Origin: Truepera sp.
Lineage (GTDB): Bacteria; Deinococcota; Deinococci; Deinococcales; Trueperaceae
Length of the DNA: 64,000 nt
Assembly (NCBI GenBank): GCA_965218435.1
Contig: CBDCKW010000009.1
Coordinates: 1,248,001 to 1,312,000, forward strand
Direction: 5' to 3'
Part shown: positions 50,393 to 60,755 of the stretch, piece by piece
Numbering within the stretch: the stretch's first letter is position 1
Layout: every line of letters starts with the position of its first letter
Notes under the pieces: model-generated
Told to the model about the DNA's origin: nothing
Databases searched by the model: none
What the model saw: the letters and a program-made list of their open reading frames with translations, nothing else
Made by a program: the position numbers and the translations under genes

Positions 50393-53300
50393 TTAGCTGA
50401 GCAGGCGCTCGAGCCCCCGAAGCGGCAAACTCACCCAGTCCGGGCGGCTGCCGAGTTCGTAACGCACTTCGTACAAAACCTTGTCGAGCTGATACGCCCA
50501 GATCACGAGGTCGCGGGTTTCGGGGTCTTGCGGCAGATAGCTGGCGGCGTCTCCGGCAGTTGACAGGTACGCCTCTAAAAAGACGGCTTCGCTCCAGCGG
50601 GTGAGCAGGTCGGTCCACACGTCGTCGGTGCTGCTCGTCTCCCCTGCGTAATTCTCCCACGAGACGAGTCCAGCGTATTCTAAAGAGCGCAGCATCCCCG
50701 CCACGTCGCGGAGCGCTTGGTCTTTTTCGCGGCGCTCACTTAGCGGGCGGGCGGGTTCGCCCTCAAAGTCGAGGATGTAGAGCTGGCTTTCGGCGCGGAT
50801 AACTTGGCCTAAATGATAGTCGCCGTGAACGCGGATTTTTTGCCAGTCGGGGGTGGTCTCGGCGAACTGCTCGAGCCGCTCCAGCCCTCTAGCTAACGCC
50901 GCCCGGTCAACGTCGTGACCTTGCGCTCTCAGCTGCGCTAGCGTCGTTTCCGCGTCGCGGCGGACACGTGCGGCAAAGCTCTGTAAGTCTTCGCCGGTTG
51001 TAGCTTCGGGCCGGAGTGCGGGCGCTTGGGCGCGGGCCAAGGCGCTGTGAAGTTCAGCCGTGCGCACACCCAAGAGGCTGGCGAGTTGCAAGCTTTCCCC
51101 GGCGGCGTCCTCGAGCCACGCCGGAACCGGGTCATTAAACCTCTCGGGATAGGCGTTTTCGGGCAGGCTCGTCTCGGCGGTGCGGCCCAGGTAGCGCCCA
51201 AATTCTTCCAAAGCGTACTCCCAGGCGTCGCTTCCTCCCTCGATAAAGCTCTGAAAGATACCGAGGGTCAAGGGTTTTTCGCCGCGCCTAAAGGTCAAGC
51301 TGCCCTGCAGCGGTGGCGAAAAGGGAAACCCGGCGTCGGTCAGGTAGCTGAGCATCTCCACTTCGGGGTTCGATTCGTCCTCCAACTTGCGGTAAAGCTT
51401 ACCGAAGACCTGATCACCCAAAATGGCTGACGAGTTACTCTGTTCGACGCCCATGACCCTGGCTTCAGTGGCGTCAGGGAGCGTGACACCTGAAGTCGGG
51501 GTGGCGTTGTAAAGACCTTGTAGGGAGCGCCCCCGCCAGTTCCGCTGCGTAGCGCGGTAAAGAGACAGCCAGAAGTCGGCGTCGGCAGTGGCGTCGTGGA
51601 GCAGCAGACGGCCCGACGGCCCGCTGAGCCACGCAACGGCGGCGCGGGGGTACGCGTCAATCAGCGCCCTGGCTTCATCGCCTTGTTTTACGGCGAGCGG
51701 CAAGAAGTAACGCTCGACGCCGCCGTCTTCAAAGTCGGCGCGAACCAAGGCTAAATAATTTTGCGGCTGTGCTTGGAGCCGCACCGCGTCTACCAGTCGT
51801 GCCTGCCGGATGGCGCGTCCTTTAGAACCGAACCAACGCTGAATCCCCAGATATTCGGGGAGGGCACGCTCGAGCCTTACCCGCGCGTCGCCTTGCACCA
51901 TCGTCTCGACGAGCAGGGTTTCTAGCCCGCCGGAAAGCCGAAAGGTCGGCAGTTTACGGTCGGGAATGTCGTCGCTCTCTTCGGGTTCACTCTCGCCGAC
52001 CGCATCACGTTTAAGCACAAACCAGTAGAACCCGTGCGGGCTCATGGTGATCGGGTAGGCTCCGGTGTCTTCGCTGTCTCCCAGCGGCGGAATCGGCGGA
52101 AACGGGGCTTGGCTAAAAAGTTCAATCGGTACGGCGTCCGTGTAGTCGTGCAGCGGCAGGTACGCCGCTTGCGCAAAACGCGACAAGTTGGCGACGACCA
52201 AAATCGTCTCGCCTTCATACTCGCGTAAAAAGGCAAACACGCGTTGATTTTCCACCGGCAAGATTTGCAGCGACCCACGCCCGAAGGTCTTGCCGTGCTG
52301 GTTGCGGAGCCGCAAAATCCGCTGCATAAAGCCGTAAAGCGAGTAGGCGCTGCGCTGCGCGTCCTCGACGTTGACAAACTGATAACCGTAAACGCCCTCA
52401 CTGATCGGCGGTAAAAAGAGCTGGTGAAACGGTGCCCGTGAAAAGCCGCCGTTACGGTCGGGGCTCCACTGCATCGGGGTACGGACGCCGTTGCGGTCCC
52501 CTAAAAAGGTATTGTCGCCCATGCCGATTTCGTCGCCGTAGTAGACAATCGGGCTGCCTTTTAGGGACAAGACAAGTGCGTTCATCAGTTCGATACGGCG
52601 GCGCTCCCCGCCTAAAAGCGGCGCTAACCGGCGGCGGATGCCTAAATTCAACCGAAACTGCCGGTCCACCGCGTACTCGTTATACATAAAGTCGCGTTCT
52701 TCATCGGTGACCATCTCTAAGGTCAACTCGTCGTGGTTGCGCAAGAATAGCGCCCACTGCGCGTCGTCGGGGATGTCTTCGGTGAGTTTAAGCATCTCGA
52801 CAATCGGCTGCCGGTTCTCGCGGCGGAGTGCCAGGTACATCCGGGGCATCAGCGGAAAGTTAAAGGCCATCTGCACGCCGTCGCCTTTGCTACTGTCGTC
52901 CGGGTCGCCACCAAAGTACGGCAGCGTATCTTCTGGCCACTGATTCGCCTCGGCGAGCAAGATACGCCCCGGCCCGTAGCGGTCTTCGATGCCTTTACGC
53001 AGGCGTTTGATGGCGTCGAGGGTCTCCGGCAGGTTTTCGCCCGACGTGCCTTCACGTTCGTACAGATACGGCACGGCGTCGAGCCTCACGCCGTCCACGC
53101 CCATATCGAGCCAGTAGAACAACACTTCGTGCAGCGCCGCCTCGACTTCAGGATTGTCCCAGTTGAGGTCGGGTTGATGGCCGAAAAAGCGGTGCCAGTA
53201 GTACGCGCCCGCCACCGGGTCCCAGGTCCAGTTCGAGTGTTCGGTATCGGTAAAGATGATACGGACGTCTTTATATTTGTCCGAGGTGTCGCTCCAGACG

Positions 53301-53746
53301 TACCAGTCGCGCTTCGCTGAGCCGGGTTGCCGCGACTCCTGAAACCACCTATGCTGGTCCGAGGTGTGGTTTAAGACCATCTCGGTTACGACGCGCATCC
53401 CACGTGCGTGCGCCTCGTCTAAAAACGCTTTGAAATCGTCTACATCGCCGTGAACGGGGAGAATCTTCCAGTAGTCGGCGATGTCGTAACCGTCGTCCCG
53501 CAGTGGCGATTCGTAGAAGGGCAGCAGCCAGAGTGTGTTGACGCCCAACTCTTCCAGGTACGGCAGTTTCTTGAGCAGACCGCGAAAGTCGCCGTAGCCG
53601 TCGTCGTTGGCATCAAAAAATGAGCGCACGTGAATCTGGTAGATGACGGCGTCTTTGTACCAAAACGGATCGTTGATAAATGATTTGCTCTCGGGAGCCG
53701 GGGTCGAAAGTGCGTCTGATTTTGTTTGCGTGGTTGTTTCGGTCAT
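50393..53746 (-). CDS. treS: Trehalose synthase fused to maltokinase (TreS-Mak/Pep2)
   Basis: WYKDAVIY, SPLRDDGYDIADY, RLDAVPYL, LAEANQWP and LRNHDELTLEMVT; kinase part with EQSNSS, RVHGDYHLGQV, DFEGEP and DVAGMLRS. Confidence 0.97.
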   Translation of the reverse strand: MTETTTQTKSDALSTPAPESKSFINDPFWYKDAVIYQIHVRSFFDANDDGYGDFRGLLKKLPYLEELGVNTLWLLPFYESPLRDDGYDIADYWKILPVHGDVDDFKAFLDEAHARGMRVVTEMVLNHTSDQHRWFQESRQPGSAKRDWYVWSDTSDKYKDVRIIFTDTEHSNWTWDPVAGAYYWHRFFGHQPDLNWDNPEVEAALHEVLFYWLDMGVDGVRLDAVPYLYEREGTSGENLPETLDAIKRLRKGIEDRYGPGRILLAEANQWPEDTLPYFGGDPDDSSKGDGVQMAFNFPLMPRMYLALRRENRQPIVEMLKLTEDIPDDAQWALFLRNHDELTLEMVTDEERDFMYNEYAVDRQFRLNLGIRRRLAPLLGGERRRIELMNALVLSLKGSPIVYYGDEIGMGDNTFLGDRNGVRTPMQWSPDRNGGFSRAPFHQLFLPPISEGVYGYQFVNVEDAQRSAYSLYGFMQRILRLRNQHGKTFGRGSLQILPVENQRVFAFLREYEGETILVVANLSRFAQAAYLPLHDYTDAVPIELFSQAPFPPIPPLGDSEDTGAYPITMSPHGFYWFVLKRDAVGESEPEESDDIPDRKLPTFRLSGGLETLLVETMVQGDARVRLERALPEYLGIQRWFGSKGRAIRQARLVDAVRLQAQPQNYLALVRADFEDGGVERYFLPLAVKQGDEARALIDAYPRAAVAWLSGPSGRLLLHDATADADFWLSLYRATQRNWRGRSLQGLYNATPTSGVTLPDATEARVMGVEQSNSSAILGDQVFGKLYRKLEDESNPEVEMLSYLTDAGFPFSPPLQGSLTFRRGEKPLTLGIFQSFIEGGSDAWEYALEEFGRYLGRTAETSLPENAYPERFNDPVPAWLEDAAGESLQLASLLGVRTAELHSALARAQAPALRPEATTGEDLQSFAARVRRDAETTLAQLRAQGHDVDRAALARGLERLEQFAETTPDWQKIRVHGDYHLGQVIRAESQLYILDFEGEPARPLSERREKDQALRDVAGMLRSLEYAGLVSWENYAGETSSTDDVWTDLLTRWSEAVFLEAYLSTAGDAASYLPQDPETRDLVIWAYQLDKVLYEVRYELGSRPDWVSLPLRGLERLLS

Positions 53747-53755
53747 ACAGTTCCT

Positions 53756-55726
53756 CTAGCTGGCGCGTTGCCGTGCGGCGTGCGCTGTGCTGCGCCCCGA
53801 CAGGCGAAAGATATGGGCGGGAAAACGGTCGGGGCTCAGCTCGACGTAGTTACGCGGCCCGTTCCAGGTGTAGTATTCGCCGCTGAGCAAATCTTCGGCG
53901 ATGAACGGTTCGTTTTGCGGAAGCCCTAAAGTGTCTAAATCCAGGTTGGTAAAGCCGGACTGGGTATGGTCCGGGTCAAAGTTGACGATCATCAAGAGTT
54001 TGTTGTCGCCGTCGCGTTTTGAATAGGCTAAAAGTTGGTCGTTATCGACGCCGTGAAAGCGCAAGCTGCGGTTGTTGCGTAGGGCGGGGTTCTCGAGCCT
54101 CACCCGGTTCACTTGCGTCACGAGCGGTTTGAGCGACGCCGGGTCATCTAAGTTCCAGTTTTTTAGCTCGTACTTCTCGTTATTTTTGTTCTCTTCCCGC
54201 AGCTCGTGCGGCACATTGTCCATCAGCTCAAACGCGGGGCCGTAAATCCCATACGACGCGGCCATCGTCGCGGCCATCACCAACCGGACCTGATACGTGG
54301 GTTTGCTCCGCAAATACGGCGGCAAGATGTCGTGCGTGTTCGGCCAGAAGTTAGGGCGGAAAAACTCGGCGACTTCGGTTTGGTCCAACTCGGTCAGGTA
54401 CTCGGTAAAGTCATCTTTGCTGTAACGCCAAGTAAAGTAGGTGTAAGACTGTGAAAACCCGAGTTTAGCGAGGGCGTACATCAGTTTGGGGCGGGTAAAC
54501 GCTTCGGACAACAGCACGATGTCGGGGAACTCTTCGCGGAGCGAGGCGATACACCAACCCCAAAACGGCAACGCTTTGGTGTGCGGGTTGTCTACCCGAA
54601 ACACGCGGACGCCCTTCCGTGCCCAGAACGCAAACACCTCGCGGAGCGCCTCCCATAAGTTTTGCCAGTCGTCGCTTTCAAAGTCGAGCGGGTAGATGTC
54701 CTGATACTTTTTCGGTGGGTTTTCGGCGTAGCGGATGGAACCATCCGAACGCTGCTTAAACCAGTTGGGGTGCTCTTTGACCCACGGATGGTCAGGCGAG
54801 CAGTTGAGCGCGACGTCTAAGGCGACCTCGAGCCCCTTGGTTTTCGCCGCCTTCATAAACCGCTCGAACGCAGGCATTCCGCCGAGGTCGGGATGAACAC
54901 TCATGAGTCCGCCCGCTTCGCTACCAATCGCGTACGGGCTACCGGGTTCACCCTCCTGCGCGGTCGGCGCGTTGTCTTTGCCTTTACGAAAACTCGTGCC
55001 GATCGGGTGAATCGGCGTCAGATAGGCGATGTCAAAGCCCATCTCTTTGATGTAATCCAGATGCTCAGCCGCGTCGTCAAGCGTGCCGTGCGCCCCGTCT
55101 TTGCCGAGCGAACGCGGAAAAAACGAGTACCACGACGAAAACTGCGCGAGCGGGCGTTCGACCAAGACCTCTAAAGGTTTGCTCTCAGCGGTGCGTTCAC
55201 GGGGGTCGTAGGTCTGTGCGAGTTCTGCGACGGATTCCTCCAACGCAGCTTCGGCTTCTCCTGCCTCAAAGCGTTTGATATAACCTTGCAGCGCCTTTTT
55301 GTCGGCACCTTTGGCTTTCGCTGCAGCTTTTTTGAGGTGACCGGCTCCCTCTAAAAGTTCGCTCCTAAGCTCAGCCTCGCCGCTCCCGGTTTCAACCCGG
55401 CGGGCAAACACGTCGCGCCAGCTCGTAAACGTGTCTACCCACGCGCGTACCGAGTAGTGCCAGATACCCACCGCGTCCACCCTAAAGGTACCCTCATAGA
55501 GGTCGTTGCCGAGAAAGTCTAAACGTGTACTCTTCGGTTTCTCTCCGGCAAGGCCGTATAAGAGTTCGGCGGCGACGGCGTCGTGACCGTCGGCGACGAT
55601 ATCGGCGGAGACCGTCACGCTGTCGCCGGTTATGCGTTTGCTGGAAAAGCGGCCTTCGTCTACGGTGGGGCGGACGGTTAGGACCATCACCCGTGACCAG
55701 GTTTTGGGTAAATTCGGTGACTCCAT
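53756..55726 (-). CDS. glgE: Alpha-1,4-glucan:maltose-1-phosphate maltosyltransferase
   Basis: WYSFFPRS, PIHPIG..RKG..N, GSPYAIG, AENPPKKYQDIYP, RVDNPHTK and GFSQSYTYFTWR motifs. Confidence 0.97.
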   Translation of the reverse strand: MESPNLPKTWSRVMVLTVRPTVDEGRFSSKRITGDSVTVSADIVADGHDAVAAELLYGLAGEKPKSTRLDFLGNDLYEGTFRVDAVGIWHYSVRAWVDTFTSWRDVFARRVETGSGEAELRSELLEGAGHLKKAAAKAKGADKKALQGYIKRFEAGEAEAALEESVAELAQTYDPRERTAESKPLEVLVERPLAQFSSWYSFFPRSLGKDGAHGTLDDAAEHLDYIKEMGFDIAYLTPIHPIGTSFRKGKDNAPTAQEGEPGSPYAIGSEAGGLMSVHPDLGGMPAFERFMKAAKTKGLEVALDVALNCSPDHPWVKEHPNWFKQRSDGSIRYAENPPKKYQDIYPLDFESDDWQNLWEALREVFAFWARKGVRVFRVDNPHTKALPFWGWCIASLREEFPDIVLLSEAFTRPKLMYALAKLGFSQSYTYFTWRYSKDDFTEYLTELDQTEVAEFFRPNFWPNTHDILPPYLRSKPTYQVRLVMAATMAASYGIYGPAFELMDNVPHELREENKNNEKYELKNWNLDDPASLKPLVTQVNRVRLENPALRNNRSLRFHGVDNDQLLAYSKRDGDNKLLMIVNFDPDHTQSGFTNLDLDTLGLPQNEPFIAEDLLSGEYYTWNGPRNYVELSPDRFPAHIFRLSGRSTAHAARQRAS

Positions 55727-56129
55727 AGGGTTTACTATACCTGTCGGTTGCGCCTGTGAAAGCGCAACGTGCGCGTAGAAGTTGCGTCAACCTCGAGCAG
55801 TCAACTCCAGGCTCTCTACTTTGGAAGTTTCGGCGTCTGTAATTTTTCAACACGGCCTTTTCAGATGAAATGTTAAGGTTTAAGCCCGGTTTTGACGGTG
55901 TGTGCGTACTACTTCGGTCAAAGGGGCATCGCCCTAAAACAGCAACGAGGGCAGCTTCTGCGCTCGAGGAGACCCGACTTTGTCTGTCTCACAGTTGTGA
56001 CAAGGGAAACTGTTTTATGGCCGCCTCCAGAAACCTGCTTGATCGAGCCCCAGGGGGTGCGTGCTATTCTCATACACGTTTAGCCGTAGGGTCTAGTCAC
56101 TACTGAGACCCAAACGGTAGCCTGGCTGT

Positions 56130-59100
56130 ATGACACTTGACCCGTCTGGAGAGGACGACATGGACACATTTTATTTTAAGGGGGCGCGGGCTACACCTGA
56201 ACTGCCGCTAAGCGCCTCGGCAAAAACGCGTTACAGTTTTTCTGAAAAGACTTTAGGGGCACAGGGTGCGCTACAGATCGAGACGTTTGCGGTTGCGCAG
56301 ACCTTGAGTCAGACCATCAACGAGGTGCGGGACGCGCGGCGTTTTCCGGAGTCGGTAGTCCGCGCCGGTGAACTCTACGCGGCGGCGCTCGTGCAAGAGA
56401 TGCTCCGGTTGATCGTTGCAGACTACCTCACCTCAAGGCCAGACGCGCTCGCGCGTGCGACGGCGCAGCTCGAGTCCCAACTCGGACGCCGTGAGCTCGA
56501 CAAGGCGCTGGCGCAGTATCTTGGGTTGTTTCCACCCAAAATCGTCTCTGACGGTGAGGTTACTCCCGACGTTTACCTGACCGGTGAACAAGAGGGCGTG
56601 TCAAATCGGCAGATTGCCGTTGAAAGCCTGATGCTGCTCTATCTGGCGAACCTCAACCCGGCGTTGGGCCGGTTCCGCGACCTGTTTGACGACACGCCCT
56701 TAGCCGAAACGCGCTACCCGGAAGTGGTGACGGGACTCGAGACCTTTTTTGCCGGTGAACCCGACGCCGGAACCGGGCAAAAACTTTTCGACCTCCTCCG
56801 TGCACCTATGGACGGAGCGCCGACCTCGTTAGAAGGTCAGCTCGGCGGTCTCCGCGAACGCCTCAGCACCTTGGGTCTGAGTGTTGGCGGGATAGAGGCG
56901 CTGTTCCGGGACGCGCTCCGCGCGGGTGATACGCTCCGCGAAGAGCAGAAGGTCAGCTTCGGCGGCGGCCCCGGCCCCACCGAGATTATTGATCCGGTTG
57001 CGGCGAGTCAGGCCAGAAGGGGCGGCGCAGCTGGTTTCGTCCCGGACGAATACGAAGCCTTTTCACAAGATTCGTCGTGGATGCCGCGCGTGGTCATGCT
57101 CGCCAAAAGCACCTTCGTCTGGCTTGGGCAACTTTCCAAACAGTACGGCCGCGACATTTCCCGCTTAGACGAAATCCCCGACGAAGAACTCGACGAACTC
57201 GCCCGCCGCGGCTTTACCGGTTTGTGGCTCATCGGCCTCTGGGAGCGTTCCAAAGCCTCGAAAACGATCAAAAACCTGCGCGGTAACCCGGACGCGGTGG
57301 CGTCGGCGTACTCGCTCTATGATTACGTGATTGCACACGACTTAGGCGGCTCTGAAGCGTTTGAAAATCTTAAAGCGAGGGCGTGGCAACGCGGCATCCG
57401 GGTAGCTTCAGATATGGTTCCCAACCACTTTGGGATTGACGGTCGCTGGGTCGTCGAGCACCCCGAGTGGTTTTTACAATTAGACACGTCGCCCTATCCG
57501 AGCTATACCTTTAACGGCCCTGACTTATCGCAGGACGGGCGGGTAGGCATCTTTTTGGAAGACCATTACTACGATTCGTCGGACGCGGCGGTGGTCTTTA
57601 AGCGCCAAGACAAAGCGAGCGGCGACACTAAATATATCTATCACGGCAACGACGGCACCACGATTCCGTGGAACGACACCGCGCAGATTGACTACTTAAA
57701 CGCTGAGGCGCGTGAGGCGGTCATTCAAACCATTTTGCACGTCGCGCGGCTGTCACCCATTATCCGCTTCGACGCGGCGATGGTGTTGGCGAAACAACAT
57801 ATCCAGCGGCTCTGGTACCCGGAACCCGGTTCAGGTGGCGCGATTGCCTCACGCGCTCAGTACGGCAGCATGAGTACCGAGGACTTTGAAAAGGCCATCC
57901 CGCAAGAGTTTTGGCGTGAGGTTGTAGATAGGGTTGCCGAAGAGGTCCCGGACACCTTGCTCCTCGCTGAAGCCTTCTGGATGATGGAAGGCTACTTCGT
58001 CCGCACGCTCGGGATGCACCGCGTCTACAACAGTGCCTTTATGCACATGTTCAAAAATGAAGACAACGCGCAGTACCGCCGGAGCATCAAAAACGTCTTG
58101 GAGTTTGAACCCGAAATCTTAAAACGCTTCGTCAACTTCATGAGCAACCCCGACGAAGAGACCGCCGTGGCGCAGTTCGGCAAAGATGATAAATACTTCG
58201 GCGTCGCGGTGATGATGGCGACGATGCCGGGGTTGCCGATGTTCGGGCACGGGCAGGTCGAAGGCTACGCGGAAAAGTACGGGATGGAATACCGCCGCGC
58301 CAAGTTGGACGAAACGCCGGACACGTGGCTGATAGACCGCCACCACCGCGAGGTCTTTCCGCTTCTCCACCGCCGCTATCAATTTGCTGAAGTCGAAAAC
58401 TTTCAGCTCTACGATATGCATACCAGTCACGGGATTGACGAAGACGTCTACGCCTACTCGAATTTGGTAGACGGACAGGCGTCTTTGGTGACCTTTAACA
58501 ACAACTTTGGCCACGCGAGCGGTTGGATTCGTGAGGCGACGCCGCAAGCAGGGAAGGCGCAGCGGACGCTGCTTCAAGGACTCGGCCTACGGGCTGGCGA
58601 ACGCGATTTTGTCCGGTTCCGTGAACAGGTCTCGGGGTTGTGGTTTATCCGCCGGAGCCGTGACTTGGAGGGTGGTTTGGCCCTTTCGCTCGACGCGTAC
58701 AAATATCAGGCGTTTGTTGACTTTGACGAGGTGACCGACACCGACGGGCACTTTGAGCGGCTTCACGACGCGTTAGCCGGGCGCGGGGTCTATGACCTCG
58801 AGGCTGAACTCTCCGGGTCACAGCTAGAGCCCGTCCATCAAGCGTTTTCGCAAGTGCTCAGTGCCGACGTGATTCGCACACTCCGTAGTGAGCGCGGCGA
58901 GGGACGGTTGCGGTCGTTGGAACGCGATTTACCTACGAGGCTCACTGAACTTGTCCGCGTTGCCGGGGGACAGGTTGATAAACTCAATCTTACGGACGCT
59001 GAAACCGGTTCTGAACCTCGAGCCGATACATCTTCCTTTACAAATGCAGATGACGCTCAAGCAGGTAAAGCTGAGACAACCCAAACGGATAGCTCTGAAA

Positions 59101-59978
59101 AAACGGCTGAAAAAACGACTTTTGCAACGCAGCTGGCGCGGCTGATCGCTTTGCCGTCGCTCGAGTTCGCCCCGGACAGCGCCTACCGTGCGCCCATCGA
59201 AGAAGAACTTTCAGCCAAGCTAACCGACGAGGGGAGCGGGACGCTCTACGTTGCGCTGGTGCTGAGCACACTTGCACAAGCTGACGTGGACACTGAAAAT
59301 TTGCAGCTCGAGGTGTTTGTTCACGAAACCTTTGTCGGGGCCGGTCTCCCGGACGCTGAACGCGCCCGTTTACTCGTCCGGTTGTTGCGGCGTTATGGTC
59401 CTGTCTATTCAGAAGGTGCTGAGGCGCTGCTAGGGCGTCTCAAAACTGATGAAGACGCCAAACGCTTCGTTCGCTACGACGCTGAAACCGACGGCTTTAG
59501 CGAGTCGGCCTACCGCGAGGCCACGGTGCGCCCGCTCGCCTACGCGCTCCTCAGTGCCGATGCGGGCAAACTCGAGCCCCTAGCTGCAACCATGAATGAG
59601 CTAAGCCGGGCCGAAGAGCAGGCAGAGGGAAAATGGGCGGCGCTGGCGGTGCCGCAGCCCAAAGCCGCTGAAAAAGCCTCTGAACCCAAAGCTGATACTG
59701 AGGTCGGTACGTCTGAACAACCTGAGACGGACTCCGCGCAAGCTAAAGATGACGCGGTGACTCCGGCTAAAATCGCTGAACCTGCGTCAGCCGGTTCTAA
59801 AACTGACTCAGAGTCCAAAACGTCTACTGCGACCAAGACCGCTGATTCCAAGACTGTGGCTTCTAAAAGTACGGCTACAAAACCCGCGACCAAGAAAGGT
59901 ACCGCCACGAGGACTACCAGGTCTAAAAAAGCTAAACCAAGCAGGTCAAAACGGAAAAAAACGCCGAAGAAGAGTTGA
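56130..59978 (+). CDS. Large GH13 alpha-amylase-family protein with low-complexity tail
   Basis: DMVPNH, RFDAAM, LLAEAFW and NPDE catalytic-type motifs. Possible start at 56160 (RBS GGAGAGG). K/T/A/S-rich C-terminus. Confidence 0.92.
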   Translation: MTLDPSGEDDMDTFYFKGARATPELPLSASAKTRYSFSEKTLGAQGALQIETFAVAQTLSQTINEVRDARRFPESVVRAGELYAAALVQEMLRLIVADYLTSRPDALARATAQLESQLGRRELDKALAQYLGLFPPKIVSDGEVTPDVYLTGEQEGVSNRQIAVESLMLLYLANLNPALGRFRDLFDDTPLAETRYPEVVTGLETFFAGEPDAGTGQKLFDLLRAPMDGAPTSLEGQLGGLRERLSTLGLSVGGIEALFRDALRAGDTLREEQKVSFGGGPGPTEIIDPVAASQARRGGAAGFVPDEYEAFSQDSSWMPRVVMLAKSTFVWLGQLSKQYGRDISRLDEIPDEELDELARRGFTGLWLIGLWERSKASKTIKNLRGNPDAVASAYSLYDYVIAHDLGGSEAFENLKARAWQRGIRVASDMVPNHFGIDGRWVVEHPEWFLQLDTSPYPSYTFNGPDLSQDGRVGIFLEDHYYDSSDAAVVFKRQDKASGDTKYIYHGNDGTTIPWNDTAQIDYLNAEAREAVIQTILHVARLSPIIRFDAAMVLAKQHIQRLWYPEPGSGGAIASRAQYGSMSTEDFEKAIPQEFWREVVDRVAEEVPDTLLLAEAFWMMEGYFVRTLGMHRVYNSAFMHMFKNEDNAQYRRSIKNVLEFEPEILKRFVNFMSNPDEETAVAQFGKDDKYFGVAVMMATMPGLPMFGHGQVEGYAEKYGMEYRRAKLDETPDTWLIDRHHREVFPLLHRRYQFAEVENFQLYDMHTSHGIDEDVYAYSNLVDGQASLVTFNNNFGHASGWIREATPQAGKAQRTLLQGLGLRAGERDFVRFREQVSGLWFIRRSRDLEGGLALSLDAYKYQAFVDFDEVTDTDGHFERLHDALAGRGVYDLEAELSGSQLEPVHQAFSQVLSADVIRTLRSERGEGRLRSLERDLPTRLTELVRVAGGQVDKLNLTDAETGSEPRADTSSFTNADDAQAGKAETTQTDSSEKTAEKTTFATQLARLIALPSLEFAPDSAYRAPIEEELSAKLTDEGSGTLYVALVLSTLAQADVDTENLQLEVFVHETFVGAGLPDAERARLLVRLLRRYGPVYSEGAEALLGRLKTDEDAKRFVRYDAETDGFSESAYREATVRPLAYALLSADAGKLEPLAATMNELSRAEEQAEGKWAALAVPQPKAAEKASEPKADTEVGTSEQPETDSAQAKDDAVTPAKIAEPASAGSKTDSESKTSTATKTADSKTVASKSTATKPATKKGTATRTTRSKKAKPSRSKRKKTPKKS

Positions 59979-59994
59979 GCAGAGTTGGGGATGT

Positions 59995-60021
59995 GGGAGG
60001 GCGGCTCGAGTCGCCTTCTTT
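59995..60021 (+). terminator. Hairpin between convergent GH13 and ruvC genes
   Basis: GGAGGGCGGC-TCGA-GTCGCCTTCTT stem with a weak U-tract. Confidence 0.55.
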
Positions 60022-60029
60022 AGTTCTCG

Positions 60030-60542
60030 TCAGCGTAACGCCTGCAACTGCCGCGCATTCAGATGTGTCAGCGCGAGCGCGAGCGCGTCAGCGACGTGGT
60101 GACTTTCGGGTGTTTCTTTCAGCGAGAGCATCGCCCGCACCATATACGAAACTTGCGCCTTGCTCGCCCGACCCGACCCGACGAGCGCCTGTTTGACCTG
60201 CATCGGGCCGTATTCGACGACGGTGACGCCCTGCTGTTTGGCCGCTAAAAGGCACACGCCGAACGCCTGACCGACCTTAAACGACACCTCGCGTTGGCGG
60301 TGAAAATACTGTCCTTCGACGGCTAACATATCGGGCCGGTACGCCCTCAAAAAGTCCGACACGGCGGTGTAGAGGGTCTCGAGCCGCTCTGCTTGCGTCT
60401 GTGCGGGTGTGGTGCGGACGAGCTGAGCGCCCAAACAGGTCACGTCGCGCCCGATTTCACGAATGGCTCCCAACCCCAAGTTGGCTAAACCGGGGTCGAG
60501 CCCGACGACAACGAGTGGATTAGCAGGTTTGGCTTGCTTCAT
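60030..60542 (-). CDS. ruvC: Holliday junction resolvase RuvC
   Basis: GLDPGLA, AVE, EY.P..VK...VGSGRASK.QV and ADALALA motifs; start uncertain (60542 or 60566). Confidence 0.96.
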   Translation of the reverse strand: MKQAKPANPLVVVGLDPGLANLGLGAIREIGRDVTCLGAQLVRTTPAQTQAERLETLYTAVSDFLRAYRPDMLAVEGQYFHRQREVSFKVGQAFGVCLLAAKQQGVTVVEYGPMQVKQALVGSGRASKAQVSYMVRAMLSLKETPESHHVADALALALTHLNARQLQALR

Positions 60543-60570
60543 AAGTTCACCACAACAGTTCACCATACCG

Positions 60571-60599
60571 AAAAAAGGCCCCGTTAGCGTAGGGGCCTT
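60571..60599 (-). terminator. Rho-independent terminator downstream of the minus-strand glnA
   Basis: Minus strand reads AAGGCCCC-loop-GGGGCCTTTTTT. Confidence 0.8.
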
Positions 60600-60755
60600 G
60601 AGCTGGGTAAGACGACTTTGACATTAGCTTTTCGCGCTCTGGGCACACAAGAGAAGCTTTTTTCTTTTGCGTACTACTGACTTCTCAATTCTGTATTCTG
60701 ACTTCTTCCACGTAGCACGTCGCAAACGCTGCGGGCTGATTTCGGGCTGCAGAGC

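Noticed and set aside
55740..56129. Riboswitch or small ORFs between glgE and the GH13 gene
   Set aside because: Only short dyads (such as TCACAGTTGTGA) and ORFs without RBS or motifs; nothing I can support.
60030..60566. RuvC as a TnpB/Cas-like RNA-guided nuclease
   Set aside because: Canonical stand-alone Holliday junction resolvase in size and motifs; the IS200 in this window carries no tnpB.
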